A stretch of DNA of 64,000 nt, from assembly GCA_964036045.1 (NCBI GenBank), contig OZ038378.1, positions 181,598,001 through 181,662,000 on the forward strand, given 5' to 3'. Position 1 is the stretch's first letter. Every line of letters begins with the position of its first letter. The notes beneath the pieces were generated by a model that was not told the DNA's origin, did no database searches, and saw only the letters and a list, made by a program, of their open reading frames with translations. The DNA comes from Eutreptiella sp. 'Long Island Sound 2002'. Lineage: Eukaryota; Protista; Euglenida. Shown here one piece after another: positions 1-46,545 of the stretch. The position numbers were made by a program, and so were the translations under genes.

Positions 1-623
1 TCCCCGTGACACCAGGGCATCCGCCTCCTCGTTGCCGTGGACGTCCAGGTGCGATGGTACCTGCTGCACCTGCACATGCCCCGCACCCATCTCGCGCAGC
101 CCCAAAAATCTGCCCCCACGGGCCCCTGTGTCCCACTTGCCCTGTGGAGCACCGCCACCCATGGCGCCGCCACTCTACCGACCACTCCACTATGCCCAAC
201 ACCATAGCTTGGCCACAGATCGACGATGGTGGTCACCCTCCAGAATCACTCTGGCAATCTCAACAGTACCTCATGTATCAGTGCGGCGGCACGGATTGTC
301 TCAGGAGTCCAACAAGGCGCCGTCACGTACTGTCCATATTGTCCTGAGGGCGCCTCTGGCGCCCCCACGAATCAGGTTTCGGGTCAGAAAGGAGCACCCA
401 GCACCCCTGCCCTCCGCCGCTTTCTCCTGGTGTCACTGACATCCGTCACTCGAGACGACCCAGCCCCACCGTGTGTCGCTGACGTCCGTGCTACACAGAA
501 GACTGTAACTTGGCCATAGATCGACAATGGTCGTCGCTATGGTCAGGAAGATAACAGTAGCACGGGGTGGGCCCTCATGCTTGAAACAAGGGGGAGGAGG
601 AGGGGGTAGCAGCACGCGCATAC

Positions 624-935
624 CAGATGGCGAAGCCGTATCTCTGGTGCCCAGGTGCTCATGGGCGTGAGGGCTCTTTGAGTGGCTCTCGCGTCGATGG
701 GGCTTTTGTGGCGCCGGCTCGTCGCCGTAGTCACTGCCGTTGTCACTGGCGCTGTAGTACCCGTCATCATCACTGCCGTCCCAGACGTCCTTGATCTCCT
801 GCCAAGTCGCACTGGCGGAGCGGCCGGAGTGCGTTGGGTCCATTTCTTTGCTGCTGTTCTCTATTTGGCGGTGCAGGTTCATCACTGCACCATGGGTGGC
901 GTGGTGCGCCGCGGCGGACGGCTCGTGCGCGGCTT
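624..935 (-). CDS. Possible orphan internal exon encoding an acidic/Ser-rich segment (WDGSDDDGYYSASDNGSDY)
   Basis: Open frame of 312 nt bounded by gtcag and a G|GTATGC donor like those in the two genes; weak acceptor and no partner exon identified. Confidence 0.3.
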
Positions 936-2218
936 CTGACACCATCAGGGCTGTCTGTTAGCCCACAGCGCACAGCAATGACCAATGCCTCATGTTTCAC
1001 ACTGTAATCAAAAGACCAAGACTCACAGAGGGCGCGATATGTAACAAGCCGCGGGACCTAAGCAACCCAATAATTTCTCTGGCAGTACGCGCAGGGCCAG
1101 ATTTTGTGCCCAGAGGAGGTGTCACGAAGTGGGGCGGGCACGCATCGCCCCATGGACGAGTAGAGCATCAATCCACGGGGCTCTGAGGGTGCCTCAGTAG
1201 CACCGCGCGCTGAGGTAGACGTGTCACTTACCGGTGCACAGCATAAGCTTTTCAGGCAGGGACAGGGTGGCCCAAGGGGTTGACATACAACAACAGGTCC
1301 ACTCCACTCCAAGGCCCTCATCGCTATTTCTACCCAACCACAACAATTGGCCATTCATTTGTGATGCTCAGGCCCCTATTGACCGCTTTTGGGCAACATT
1401 CATTGGCACCAGCGTTCTACGCCACCCTCTCTGGCATGCTCAGCGGGCGTTCTACGGCTGTCCTTGACTGGCTCGGTGTAAAATTTCTTGGTCCTGCTCC
1501 ACTTCACCTTGAACTCTTGCACACGCTCTCCACTTTCCACTGGAATGCTTTGGGCAGCACTTTTGGGTGGTGGTTTTGCCTTCTTGGTAGGAGGGTTGGC
1601 AGGCGCAAGCAGATTTTTGGGAACCCATTTCTCTTCGGGAATGTCCCTTGTAAAATACCTCTCTTGCTCTGCCCGGGTCGAGGATGAAGCCTCCGATTGG
1701 GCAGGGCGGGGCAGAGAGGAAACACGTGGCAGTGAGAGGCGCCGAACAGACGCACGGTCATGCAAGACAGTCTTGCCATCACAGTCATAAATGATGCAGC
1801 GATATGCATCACCATGCTCCGAATGTCCAACGACCTGCGCCAAAACGGGTTCCCCTGTGGAGCGGATGAACATCACACTTGTCCTAGGGGGAAACAAAGA
1901 AGCCCTTTGAACGCATCCTATGCTGAATTCTTTTGTTTTATGCTGCAATTTCTGTGCATGCAAATGTGCGTGTACGGTGGTGGTATGGTCCCCCAAGGGG
2001 GGGTGGGGACCGTCACTTGGTGACCGTCCCCCAGGGGGTGGTGGGGGACCGTCTTCCCTGGGGTGGGGAACAACAAGGGGGGGGAGGGGTGCTTAATACA
2101 AAGGTAGCGCGCCGGGCATGCACCAGGCAAACATTCCCCCATGGCCAAGATTGTGCGAAAAAATCAGCTTTGTGCCCCACGATGGCTTGGGGTATGAATG
2201 GCTTCACTGCACAATGTA

Positions 2219-3899
2219 CCCCCCCCTTGTATAAGCTACGCCAAAGTCCCAAATTAATACGGTCCCCATACCTACTGTAGCTTGGACAAGGGCGTAGCTT
2301 GCGCGCAACACATACAACTACCAACACCGGGCACCCAGATTCGAAAAGAGAGGATTGCATGGTAAGCCGGTGCAAGAAATGGGCATATAATGCACAAACA
2401 TCCCAAAAATCAGAGCTATGTGGGTTCAAGTGGCAAACACTCACAACAAATGTGTCCATGACTCTATGTGACTCGCAAATCCGTCACCAAACCCTTGCCT
2501 TATGCGGCTGCACTACGTTTGGTACTGAATTAAAATTAGGTCCCAAATTAATACGGTCCCTATGCCTACTGTAGCTTGGACAAGGGCGTAGCTTATCTGC
2601 AGAGCGGTGGAAAGTCCAGCAATACGTCCCCACCGACAGACGTATGCCCTCAGCAAGTATCGTGCGGCGCAGCCGCTTGGCAGTTGTCGAAGACGGCGCC
2701 GTTAGGCGCCAACACAATGTGCTCAAAGTTCCATAAAGGCGCCGCCAGGCGCCACCACAGATGGCTCGGCCCTCCTGCCCCTCTTCCTGGGATTATCACT
2801 GACATCCGTAATGTATTCCTCGCTGTCCACCCACCCTTGCGAGCCCAAACTCGAAGATGCCCCTGACGTAACCCCCTCCCCAAGCAAGCTCCCTGTGCTA
2901 TGCGAATACCCACTGTCGCTGGCCTCCCCCTCCCCAGAAGACATCTCCTCGAGCCCCAACTCCTCCCACTGCTGCTCAAGGCGGCGTCGTTTCGGGGGGG
3001 AATCTTCATTATATGGATGCAGCAGCCTCCCTTGCTCAGCCAGCTTGTCCGCCTCTTCATTCCCCGCCACCCCCAGGTGGGATGGCACCCACCGTACCTG
3101 GAGTCGGTCACCTGCGAGCTCCCGCTCTGCCAGGACCGCCATCCATAGCTCCTTGTGCTCCACTTCCCTCCCTGAGACCCTCCATTGGTGGCGCTGCCAC
3201 TTGCTGGACCACTGCGTGATCCCTTTGAAAACGTATTCCGAGTCTAACACGACTACCATGCGCTCCTCCCACCGTCGGTTGCGGACAGCGTGCAGGAGTC
3301 CCCTGATTTTTGCCCTGCTCACACTTTGCTTTTCTCCCAAAGGGACAAAGTCAGAAATGTTGCGCAGGGAGCTCGGCCCGTACCAGGCCCCAAACCCTGC
3401 CTGTGCCCAGCCCCTGACCACCTTCGCCGACCCGTCTGTGTACACTACCGTCCAACCCTCCCCTGACAAGTTCTCCAGCTCTGCCACCACCTTGGTTTTG
3501 TACGCACCCCACTTTGCCTCTTTCACCTGTAGTTTATCCACCTGAGGCCCTCCTCCAACCGTGGTTGGCTGCTGGGGTAGCCCCTGAAAGATCCCCGGCA
3601 TTGCCGGGTTGTCAAACCAACCATCCAGGATGTTGATAAATAAAAACAGGTCACACCGCGGCACAGACATATTGGATTCGGCGCGCCAGCGCCGCAGTAC
3701 CCCTGCCCACCCTGCAATAAATTCGTCCAGTGTCGCTGGCTGGTGCTGGTATTTTGCCCTGCACCGAAGATTCCATTGAGCCTTTAGTCCCGCCCACAGC
3801 AACAATCCCTGGGTGGTGGTTATAGAAAGCAGTGGGAAATCCCTCAGCAGACGACTGGGCTCTACCAAGGGGCGTAGCTTATACAGGGGGGGGGGGGGG
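2219..3899. mobile_element. TA-flanked MITE (about 395 bp) interrupted by the RNase H LINE fragment
   Basis: TIRs ccccccccttgtataagctacgcc and ggcgtagcttatacaggggggg; TA at 2217-2218 and 3900-3901; internal 55-bp direct repeat near 2245 and 2539. Confidence 0.7.
2597..3869 (-). mobile_element. 5'-truncated non-LTR retrotransposon fragment encoding a C-terminal RNase H (second LINE family, probably L1/Tx1-like)
   Basis: ORF 2723-3869 contains YTDGS, VLDSEYV, WVPSH, NEEADKLA. The catalytic Glu position reads RAK instead of RAE. Flanked by 13-bp direct repeat gggcgtagcttat (2584-2596, 3870-3882). Confidence 0.85.
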
Positions 3900-4264
3900 T
3901 ACCATTCATGGTGGTAGGGACAACCACTACAAACACAACACCCCCGCGGGCCAGACGTGGAAAGGTTCCACGAGCCTGGCCCAGCCCGCCGCCAACTCAG
4001 GGCCTGCCCGCGACCGGTCCGCACACTGCTCTTGTGCTATCAAGTCCCATTTCAGCGAAAGTGAGCAAAATGTCCTTCCGTGAGTGCAAGGGATACAAGT
4101 GGCAGTGCCCCACAACACATTCACCCACACAACAACACAATGAGCCGCAACGAAAAATTTTGGGTTGACCAAGTGACGGTCCCCCTCCCCCCCGGGGCCT
4201 TGTGCCAACCCCCCCCCCCCCTGGAGAACGACAAGGGGTGGGGAACGACAAGGGGGGGGTATCC

Positions 4265-4535
4265 TATCTCTAGCCCCAAGTTTATCCTCACCTGAGGAAA
4301 TCCCCCAAGTAGACCGCAAACCTTCCATGCAAAGCATGTTGTATAAGCCGAAATATGAGAATTCAACAACACAAAATGTCACACCCACCACTTCCAACCA
4401 GCACCCTTGCCATCATCATAAACTGGGTGCAAAGGATGGGCCAGATTCTTAGAAACGGCGAGAAGGTACTCCAAATTGTTTGGTGAGGTGGGGGCAAAAA
4501 CAGGCACAGGTGGGGAATGGTCCAAAAAAAGATGC
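4265..4535. repeat. Dispersed repeat of about 275 bp, copy 1 (tatctctagccccaagtttatcc...gatgc)
   Basis: Near-identical to 38855-39135. Confidence 0.85.
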
Positions 4536-7012
4536 GCCCCCCCCCCCCCCCATAGATGTTGGTGACATGTTCACTGTGGGTTTGTGTCCCCCCTTGCGAG
4601 AGCAATACTAAAGTCCCAAAATGTGACGGCAACAACACCTACTGTTGTTATGACAAAGGGGGGGGGGGGGGGGTGTTATAAAGGGTAAAGCAGGACATGG
4701 TTCCAAAAGTCGCGAAAACAAAACCCACTGTTGCTCTGACAAGCGCGTTGCTCTCACAACGGGGGGGGGGTGTTCATTTAAAGCACCCTGAGGCCACTCT
4801 TTACTGCGATACACTTTATCTGTTCTGCTTTGTTTAATTGTTCTTTACAGTTGTACTTTGATAATTTACCATAATGGTTTACTGCCATAATTCACTGGCA
4901 TACTTTACTCACATAACTCACTGCAATCCCCCCCTTTTTTGCCCTATATTTTGGGCAGGTTCCGGTCGGCCCCGCACACACGACAGTTCTGTTTGACAGA
5001 CTCGTGAGGAAACATGGCTAAATTAATGAATCCCCCCCCCCTGCCCCCACGCGGAATAATCCACGGGCCCCTGAAAAGATGCTCGGGGGCAAGTGTTCCA
5101 AGAGGGGGGCTACAATATTTTGGGTCAACGATTTTCCGGACATTCACTGCACCAAACTGGCCACTGGCCCCTGCCGTCCCCCACAGCGGGGGTGACTCAC
5201 AGAACCCTTGCTGTATCAGGGTCCCCAAGGCAGGAAAGCCTCGGATAGCGCCTGAGATAGCGCCAGTGCTGGGAGGTCAGGCCAAAAAAAGATGCCCACC
5301 GCGTGCAATGCACACTGTGCCCGAGAGAACACCGCATTCCAAGTTGTACCTCAGCCGGAACCTACCGTATCTTAAAGTCCACTGCATTGCACATGGTACC
5401 TTCAGGTGCAGCACGGTCATGAGGGCATGGGGGAGGACACAACGCCCACAACGACGCCCACAACAACGCCCACAACAACGCCAAGCTGGCTATCATTAGT
5501 TGGCACTTCCGGGTGTGTGCACTCGTTCAGGTTTCCGGGAGGAAGCCTCTGCTCACAGGTGCTGCTTCTGCCCCATGGCGTCCACTCCGCTGCCAGTACC
5601 GGAAGTGGAGCCTTGATGTTCAGTCATTCCAGTGAGCCGAGAATATTTGAAGGGGGTCCTAAGCAAAAGCCCCAGCGCACATCTCTGCCTACGCAGGGGT
5701 GTGGGCACCAAATCATGCCGTGCTGAGCGCCATCGGAGTGCTGCGCTCCAAGGATGCGTTCGGCACATGGGGACCCTGTCCAACCGCCCTTTGGTCTTCA
5801 AGGTGCCGGGCTGCAGGCTTGCCCAAAGCTCCCCCCCCCCCCCCCCTTCCATGGGGTGATTTGGTGGGTGTTCAGTGTCCAACGAGTCGACGAGATGACG
5901 ATGGGTCACACAATGCGGCCGGGTTTGGGTCAGTCCCAGCTGACTGTGGCACTGGTGCATCTGTGCGGTGAGAGGGCTGTAACACGACAGCCGTGAGGGT
6001 TCGAACCGGATGGGGGGGGGGGGGCACTGCAATTCGACAGCAGCACTGGTGAAGCAACGGTTGAAGAAAATACACATTCGAGGGAACGGGTATGTCGTGT
6101 CTGTGCAGCGGTGTGGGCGCCTTGTGCGCCGTTTCGGCCCCACATTCCTTCCACATTCCTTCCACATTGTTCCTCCGGACTGCAGAGTCCCAAATGATAA
6201 GACCCCGGGGTTTGATTGAACCCAAAGTCCAGACTGCGGGTTAATAGAAAGATCGCTGTTTGACTCCGAAACATATCCCGCTGCTCCGTCGAGTCTATCC
6301 TGGTCTTTATGTCGGTATTATCCATATCGCCTGAAGGTAGAACGCCGTTGTTGCTATTGTAGCTCCTGTTGCTGTGGTCGTGGCTGTTGTCGTTCGTGCG
6401 GTCGTCGTTGCCGTTGTCGCCCACCCTTTGGGCAACTGAGTCGTAACCAGTCCCATTGTCAGGGAGGTAACGTTTGCCCAGCGCGCCTGGTGCGCCGGCA
6501 TCCAAATCAATGTTCCAGCCATCTATCGCAATGCTTGACCCCCAAACATTACTCCCTCCTCGAGCCCAGGAAACCCACAGAAAATCCCATACAAACACAT
6601 GCCTCCAAACGCTTGGAATTGGGAACTCAATATGGCTACATCACCCCTGCCAGACGCCAAATCATTTGCACTGCGCTAAGGGCGCCCCCTTGTGAGAGGG
6701 GGGGGGGAGAACTGGGGGAAAATAGGGGGAAACTTTGCCCAGCACGCCCGGCGCGTTAACATTTCCTCAGGGCTGCGCACTGGCAGCCAGCTGTGACCCC
6801 CCCCAGCGGCACTTAAGAGGCGTGGTGGGGCAACTACGCTGCACAGACCCAATATGCACCAACACGTGTCCGAAATTCTGTCGCAAAATCTGCATCGTCA
6901 AGTGCAAAGAGTTTGTGCACATTGAAATGCACATCTCGCAAACCGCCATGCGTCTGTTGCAAAAGTTGCCGCAACAACATCTACAACTGCGACACAGCAC
7001 CTCTACCCCCCC

Positions 7013-7191
7013 TGTGTGACATTCCGTCGGGTTTTTGCTCCTTTACGGGTCCCTGGACGGTCACCCGTTCTTCCCTTCGCATGTTGCGTCGGGTCGCTGC
7101 TTTCTGTCGGCCGCTGCGGCCGGTGCTCTTGCCAGTGTCGTTTCCGCGTTCGCGGAGCCCAGCAGTTGGCGTGTTGGGACTGTGCTGAATG
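7013..7191 (-). mobile_element. SINE-like repeat family copy A (truncated, about 180 bp)
   Basis: Starts tgtgtgacattccgtc next to a C-run; high identity with copies B-D. Confidence 0.75.
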
Positions 7192-9389
7192 CGGCCTTGC
7201 AGAAGCACCAGTGAAGCCCCCAAGAACCAATGTACCCCGGGGATGAGCTTCGAGAAGGCCGTGTTTACGCGTGTCGCATACGGTGACACAGGCGACGGCT
7301 TAGAGCAATGGCAACGTCATCACTCAGGCCTGAACGGACTCAACCGCCTGAACGTCCCAGCCATTCAACACATTCCGCCACGAATGACTTCCCAACTTCA
7401 AGGGCCGATGCACAGCACAAATGAGAATCGAATCATGATCGAGTGTATGCACAACAGCAGGACCCCGCCTGCCGTCAGTAGGACCGAAATGTGGCCACCA
7501 TACGAACTAGACACAACGACGCCCGCGAAAGGGGGGGGCTCAAGAGCAGAGTACAAACGCCCCCACAGAGGACGGTGCATTGCCCGTGTGATCAATGCGG
7601 TGTCAATGCGGTGTCAATGCGGTCTCCTGGTGGCCGGGCCGAGACGTCTGTGCCACAATCTGTGCAGGGCGGCCCCGCCGTAGGAGCGGGGGAGGCTGCA
7701 GCGTGCCCACAGGACCGGGGGGCATCGGCCAACAACTGCCGTGTCAATCCGTGGGGCCGGCCCACGACTGAGGTGTGCCTCAGTGGGGCCGGTCCAGCCA
7801 GAGGGACTGGCTGAAGTGGTCAATGCCCGGGATTTCGTGTCCGCAGTGTGACTAATGGTTGTCACTGACCACCCGTGTCCAGCCCCCCCCCCCCCCCCCC
7901 TCCCCCCGCCAGGAACACCCAAAAATGGGGCGGTGCCAAATGGCCTGACGCTGAGCCTTCGCCCGTCTCGCGAGTTCTGATTGCCGGCCTCCGGAGTGAA
8001 AGCGTGTTTGTATGCAGGAGCCTTACGGGCCCGCCACACACCCACTTCCACCAGCCCCCCCCCCCCCCCCCCGCCGCTGCTCCCTTACCTATCAATCCTG
8101 ACGCCAGGCAATGGTCAGAGCGGAACAGCGCCAGCGCCGGCTTCACATACAATCCTCCCCACGACTGGGGAGGGTCAATGACTCGGGGGTGAGCATCCCC
8201 ACAATATCCGCAGGCACGTAACGAAAAGCGCTCCTCACAAAGACGCCAGCACGTGCGATGTACATGCCGTCCCTCTGGAGTATAAGGCTCGGAACCGGGT
8301 GTTTAGGTTCTGCAAATAACCGGACCTGTTCAGCCTCATTAGTGGTTCAAACCAAACAAGTACCGGGTATTGACAGGACCAAACCCAAATTTCTAGCTTC
8401 ATTCATGTATACACCAAAAAAGCTTGTAACTATTTTCAAGTTTCATTGCCAATACCCGGCTTCATGCAAAAACCTGAAACCGGTCATTCATTCTGGATCG
8501 AAAAACAAAACCGGTGCAGGAAATTTTATAGCGACGATAACCGGTTTTGGATTGCAAAAAGAGGCTCCTAGCCTTACAGCACAAGGGGTGCCCCTGCACC
8601 GCCCGTGGGGCGCCAGAAACCAACTGGACTTGAAGATATGGTTGTTTTACTGACCAGCCCATCTATGTGCTGCAGTGATGCCGTGTTGCACGACTGTGGC
8701 CCCTCCTTCTCGCATCAACGGGCTGAATTTTCTGATTTTAGCATTGGATTCATCAAGCATTTCGGCCCTTGGCATTCAAAGGAATGATTTTGAACTGTTT
8801 CAGCCCGTTTTGCGCCGTTGAGGGCCGCCAAACGTTCAAATTTATCAATGCTGGCAAATTCGATGCGGCGCGGAGGGGGGCTGTAAGGTGGCAGATAAAT
8901 CTTTCCACGTGATATAAAGATGTTCCAGCTAAAATAGAAACCTGCCCTGATGTGAAGTTTGCTGTGCACGCCGATGGCGCGACCTGCAAGCCCCACAGCA
9001 CCTTCTTTTGACAGCAACAGTGCCGCATCCCCGAATTCCTGTGGGCGGAAAGGGAGACTGCTGGCCCAAACCCACTCCAAATGCAGCCTCCCGGACTGAC
9101 ACAGAGGAGTGGTACTATAGAGCCGGTGGCTCGAGCCAGCCTTCAGGAACTCGACAAGCCCCACATATAACCTGCGGAGGAGCATGGACTGGAGGAGATG
9201 GATTCGCGCAGGAATGGCTGGCCAAGTGCCTGCGACATGTGCGTCATTCTGCAAACCTGCAGCCAATGCTCTTCCTGCAGCTGCTGGCGTTTACAGCGCA
9301 GCAGAAGAACGCGACGGGGGATGGGGGGGATACGTAAACACGTATTTCTCAAACACACGTGCTGAGGGTGCAGGCCTGGTATGCCCCGT

Positions 9390-42145
<32,756 letters not shown>

Positions 42146-44150
42146 CTCATGTTTCAATTGGCGGTGCTTCACTGCGCCGTGTGTTCAATGGCAGCCTGGA
42201 TAAAGCAGCAGCACCAAACAAATCAAGACGGGGCCAAAACGCCTGAACGCATGATGGTACGGATGCAGGCCTGATAAGGTCCGGGGGGGGGGGGGGGCAA
42301 GACCCAGTCCCCCTGCTTGTACCCTCCCTGCTATCTGGTGGATTTCTGGCAAGGCACGGCGCAGCTGTGCACCCGTAATGCCTTGTGCCCCCTCGGGGCG
42401 AGAGTTTGCCAGTGCTCCGCGGCGCACATGACGGCGCGGTCACCTCTGCGGTCCAGGGACAGCTTAAGACCGGCAACCAACTCCAAATTCAATTCCAGGC
42501 GAATCTCTGGGGGGTCGGCATGATGCCTGTGTGGATTGCCGCTTATTGGCTGATGCCTAATGGCCTCTCACCACTTACCCTTGTTCTTTCCTTGAACCCT
42601 TTCCCTCCTTTGCTAATAGTTTGTGGCGGTGTCTGGAGGTTTGCTGGTAATGGACTGCGCACGCATAATTCAATTCGATGTGCTGGTGCCCGTGGTCAAT
42701 AACAGGAGACTGGGTTGGCTCGTGCTTGTGTCAAATTGCTGCTGCTCATAACAACAATTGTGCATAAGACTGTAAAGTCTCCTCTATTTGTGTGGATGGC
42801 GCTCCTTGACTTTTTTTTTAACAAAAACCCAGAGCAAATGGCTTTCTTCTGAAACGAGAAAAAACTTTGTACACGGAAGAGGAACCCTAGCAGTCAGCGG
42901 TCAAATACCGGCCCATTGGCGATAAATTGAATGGTGCGGACATTCAGCGAGGGACTTTTCAACTCACAGCCAACAAGGTGTGACAAAGGGATGGGGTTTT
43001 GCTAGCAACTGCAATGCTGGTCTTATTGATCTTCAGGCCCTTCATTGGTATGGCTAGGACCTGCACCACACACCATGCATGCACCGTGTTGGCTTTTCGA
43101 ACACATCGTGGGCAAATGGTCTTTCCTTGGAGCGTGGAAAACAATGTTGCAACTTGGAGGCTATTGGGGTGCTTGCTGTTCATTTTCTCGAGGGCTTTGG
43201 ATGCTTGCTTGGTTTCTGGGTTTGTTGCCATTCATTCTTGGACACTTTTGTATGGTTGCTATGAATTCTCAGAGGCTTCTAGGTGGTTGCTGTCAATTAC
43301 TAATGGGTTCCAGTTGGGAGACTTTTGGTTGGACGCGGCCAATCTGTGGACTGCTTGCTGCTCATTCCTTACGGCTTTTGGATGTTTGCTGTTGATGATT
43401 ATTGCCCTAGTGCGTAATACAGAGCGTGCGCACCACGCTAGAGGACCCTCCTGAGGGCTTATCGAACCCAAAGGCAGCAATGCATCATGCATGGGCAAAA
43501 CAGGCACGCAAAATACAAATCACCGTTGCTGATTGCAAAAGCCGGTTCAACGATGTGTAAATGTACCGTAGTCTAGTCACAGAGCGGGCGGCAAAAGAGC
43601 TCGACATTGCAGCCTGAGATTCCAGAGTACACGGAGTAGAAGAGGTCAGAGGGTAATCGGTGTGTGGGTGTGTGGGTGCATGTGTGTCTCTGTGCGTGGA
43701 TGTATGTGTCTCACCTAGAGCGTTACACGCCACGTTGCCAGTCCTAAAATTCGTGCACCCCGTGCTCGAACCGATCCTGTAGTCCCTTGCCTCTGGTGCC
43801 TGCCTCCCTTTGTCGCAGTTTTTGCAGCAGCGCCGGCCAATAATTTTAATGCTCGGGACCCTCGGCTGCCGTGACGCTAGAATTTCGGACAGGGGGTCCG
43901 GGGCGCGTCTTCGGCAGCCTGAACGACTGAAAACCCTGAGGCCCGGCCCGAAGCTGCTTGCGCCCCTCCCTGCGCCCTTTAGCCCCCCCCCCCCCCCCGA
44001 AAAAAAACTGTTTGGGGGGCACTGCCCACCTCTCCCAAGCCCCCCAGACAATTGTGGTTCAGATTTTCAGATCGGCCCGGGCCCAGCAGATCACTCGCCT
44101 TCTGTTGGCCTCAAGTGTGTTGCTTTGTCCAACACGTCCGGCAAGCCCCC

Positions 44151-44859
44151 TGTGTGACATTCCGTCTGGTTGTTGTTCCTTTACGGGGCCCTGGACAGTC
44201 ACCCGTTCTTCCCTTCGCATGTTGCGTCAGGTCGCTGTTTTCTGTCGGCCGCTGCGGCCGGTGCTCTTGCTGGTGTCGTTTCCGCGTTCGCAGAGCCCAG
44301 TAGTTGGTGTGTTGGGGCTGTGCTGAATGTGGTATGGTGTGCCGTTTGCGTGTCAGCGGCGCCGAATAGTTGGCGTATTGAGGATGTGCTGGTTGTTGCC
44401 GGGATCGTTTGACTGTTTTTGCTGCCCACACGCCTCTGTCCACAGGCCGTCCGTAGCCTGCCCCGCTGTGTTTCTGCGAGGCCCAGGTGCCGTGTTTCTC
44501 CACGTGCTGTCCCGGCCGTCCACCATATGTCCTTTTCCCCCTCACGGCTGGTCTGCCCCTGATGGGCTCCCGCTCCTGTTGCGCAAACAGCCCATCTGGG
44601 CTGCGGGAGACACCCCCCACCTGATGCCGGTTGAGCAGGGGTTGCCCTGGCACCCGGTGGCGACGGGGCTGTCTGGCCAAGCCATCCCCTTTGTTGTCGC
44701 TGCCTCCCATGCGCACGCTCTGCCATCCGCTCCATTCTGGTTCCCTGTTCCCGCTGTTCTGGTTGCCTCTCCTGCCTTGCTGTGCCCCTCCTCCTTGTCT
44801 GCTGTGCTCGCCCTTGTCCCTCCTGGTGTGGCTCCCGCGTTCTGTGTGTCTGTGTTGCT
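44151..44859 (-). mobile_element. SINE-like repeat family copy D (about 710 bp, apparently full length)
   Basis: Bracketed by ccccctgt at 44146-44153 and 44863-44870. Confidence 0.8.
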
Positions 44860-45131
44860 CCTCCCCCTGTCTTTAGGCGCTCCTGAGTGCCCCTGTCACG
44901 CAACCCCCTCCTGTCCCACCTGCCTGCCCCCCCGTACGAGAGTTTCGCATTTCTGTACGACTCCCCCCCACCCCCCCCGGGTACACACACTACCCCAGAA
45001 ATTCGTACCCCGAAGGGCCCATGACAACACCCAAGCCGAAGGGAAAAGCGGCCGCCACACCCTCGTCGTCGTTCACGGGACAGGCCCACATCCGTCGGCG
45101 TTGGGTCAGGACCATGAATTGACATTGTGTC

Positions 45132-45135
45132 TGTG

Positions 45136-45191
<56 letters not shown>

Positions 45192-45192
45192 T

Positions 45193-45252
<60 letters not shown>
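45132..45252. repeat. (GT)n microsatellite
   Basis: Direct reading. Confidence 0.95.
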
Positions 45253-45253
<1 letters not shown>

Positions 45254-46545
45254 GCAGGATTCACTGTACCTGTCTTGATCAGGGTCAGCGGTGGCCTGAT
45301 AGCCTCGGCGCAGTGCAACGTGAGATGCCCTGATGGATCGGGTACCATCTCTCGTGGACGGAAGCACTTCAGGTCACGTCAACACTGGGGCCGGGCATCC
45401 CCCCCCCCCCCATCGGAAGTGGGGGCTGAAGGCCCCGTAGGGGAGGGTGACCGAGGGCAAGTGGGAGCATGGGGTATGTGTGTATCGTAATGTCAGTGCC
45501 CTGAAGGTCTCTCCAAAGCAGTCTCCTCATGCCCCCCGCTTTTAGGGCCGGGGGGGGTGTGTGGCTGCGGTTGTTACCGCGAGCGGTGGGTGGATCGTGT
45601 GGTTGGAAGGAGCAGGACCGGAGGGGGGGTGCTTGACGGACGGAGAGAGGGGGGGGGATTCTGGCCGGAGGTAACCACCTCATAGCACCTACCCTACAAA
45701 ACTGCTACAATTACTTGGTGTTTCCTTCCGGCCCCTTCCGCGCCAGGGGTCATGTCAGGCCCACGCCCGGAACGAAAAAGCCTGGTCACCTTTAGGACGT
45801 GAGTGTCCCCGCAGCCAGTCAACGGCCGTGGCCCTCCCCCGCTGTGTCAACGGCCATGCACATTGGCAACGATGATGGGAATCAGCGTCATCTTTGCCCC
45901 CTCAGGGGCTTCAGGTGGGGGAGCAATGGGAACCCCCCCCCCCCCCCACCCCCGCCCCCACCCCCCGAACGTCTTTGCCAATCCCACGAGCCGTCGTTAT
46001 CAATCGTCGTCGGTTGACCACCGGTTTTTATCAGTCGACCAGCACCGCGAATGCACGGCGAGTCGCCCCAAACAACTGGTACACTGGGTGTGGAAGGCAG
46101 TGTGCCGTCGGGCTCGAGGGGCAGACAGTCAGCAGGTTACAAGGCTTCAGGGTGACAGAGCGTGCAGTGGCGGGGCCGCCCTGTGGCCTGAGGGCATTGG
46201 CGGGCGACAATTCGAATCGGATCGAACTGCAAGCAGATCTACTGCGCCCAACAGGAGGCATTAATGCACCGGTCCCCCAAATTTTGGAAAAAAATTCCGA
46301 AAAAAATTTCCAAAAAATAAGCGTCTCGACAGCGTACCTACCTCCGACGCAACCCGGTGACGGTGTCTCTACCATGTAGCGGCCCAAAAGGGGGCAGTCA
46401 TCCCTTGATGGGGGTTATAATGCTGTACCGGGCTCCACTGCCAGGTGTGGTATCTGAGCCCCAGGCGTGCGTGGTGCCATGCAGTAAATCCAACCCCACC
46501 CCACCCCACCCCACCCCCACCCCACGCCACAGAACACTGCGCGTC

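Noticed and set aside
5975-6015. Pol III B-box-like GGTTCGAACC with an adjacent small hairpin; similar motif at about 33800 on the minus strand
   Set aside because: No cloverleaf, no clear A box at proper spacing; cannot support a tRNA or tRNA-derived SINE.
5930-6598. 222-aa minus-strand ORF with an Asn/Asp-rich centre
   Set aside because: Low complexity, runs into a repeat, no recognisable domain or convincing splice partners.
42700-43510. 151-aa hydrophobic plus-strand ORF and a stop-interrupted antisense frame with CPRC
   Set aside because: Looks like a decayed element; hydrophobicity is the antisense of a Lys/Asn/Gln-rich frame; no family assignable.
44111-45490. ORFs of 200-387 aa, with similar ones at 27559-28348 and 29494-30501
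   Set aside because: Chance open frames in the SINE-like repeat and microsatellites; no conserved frame or domain motifs between copies.
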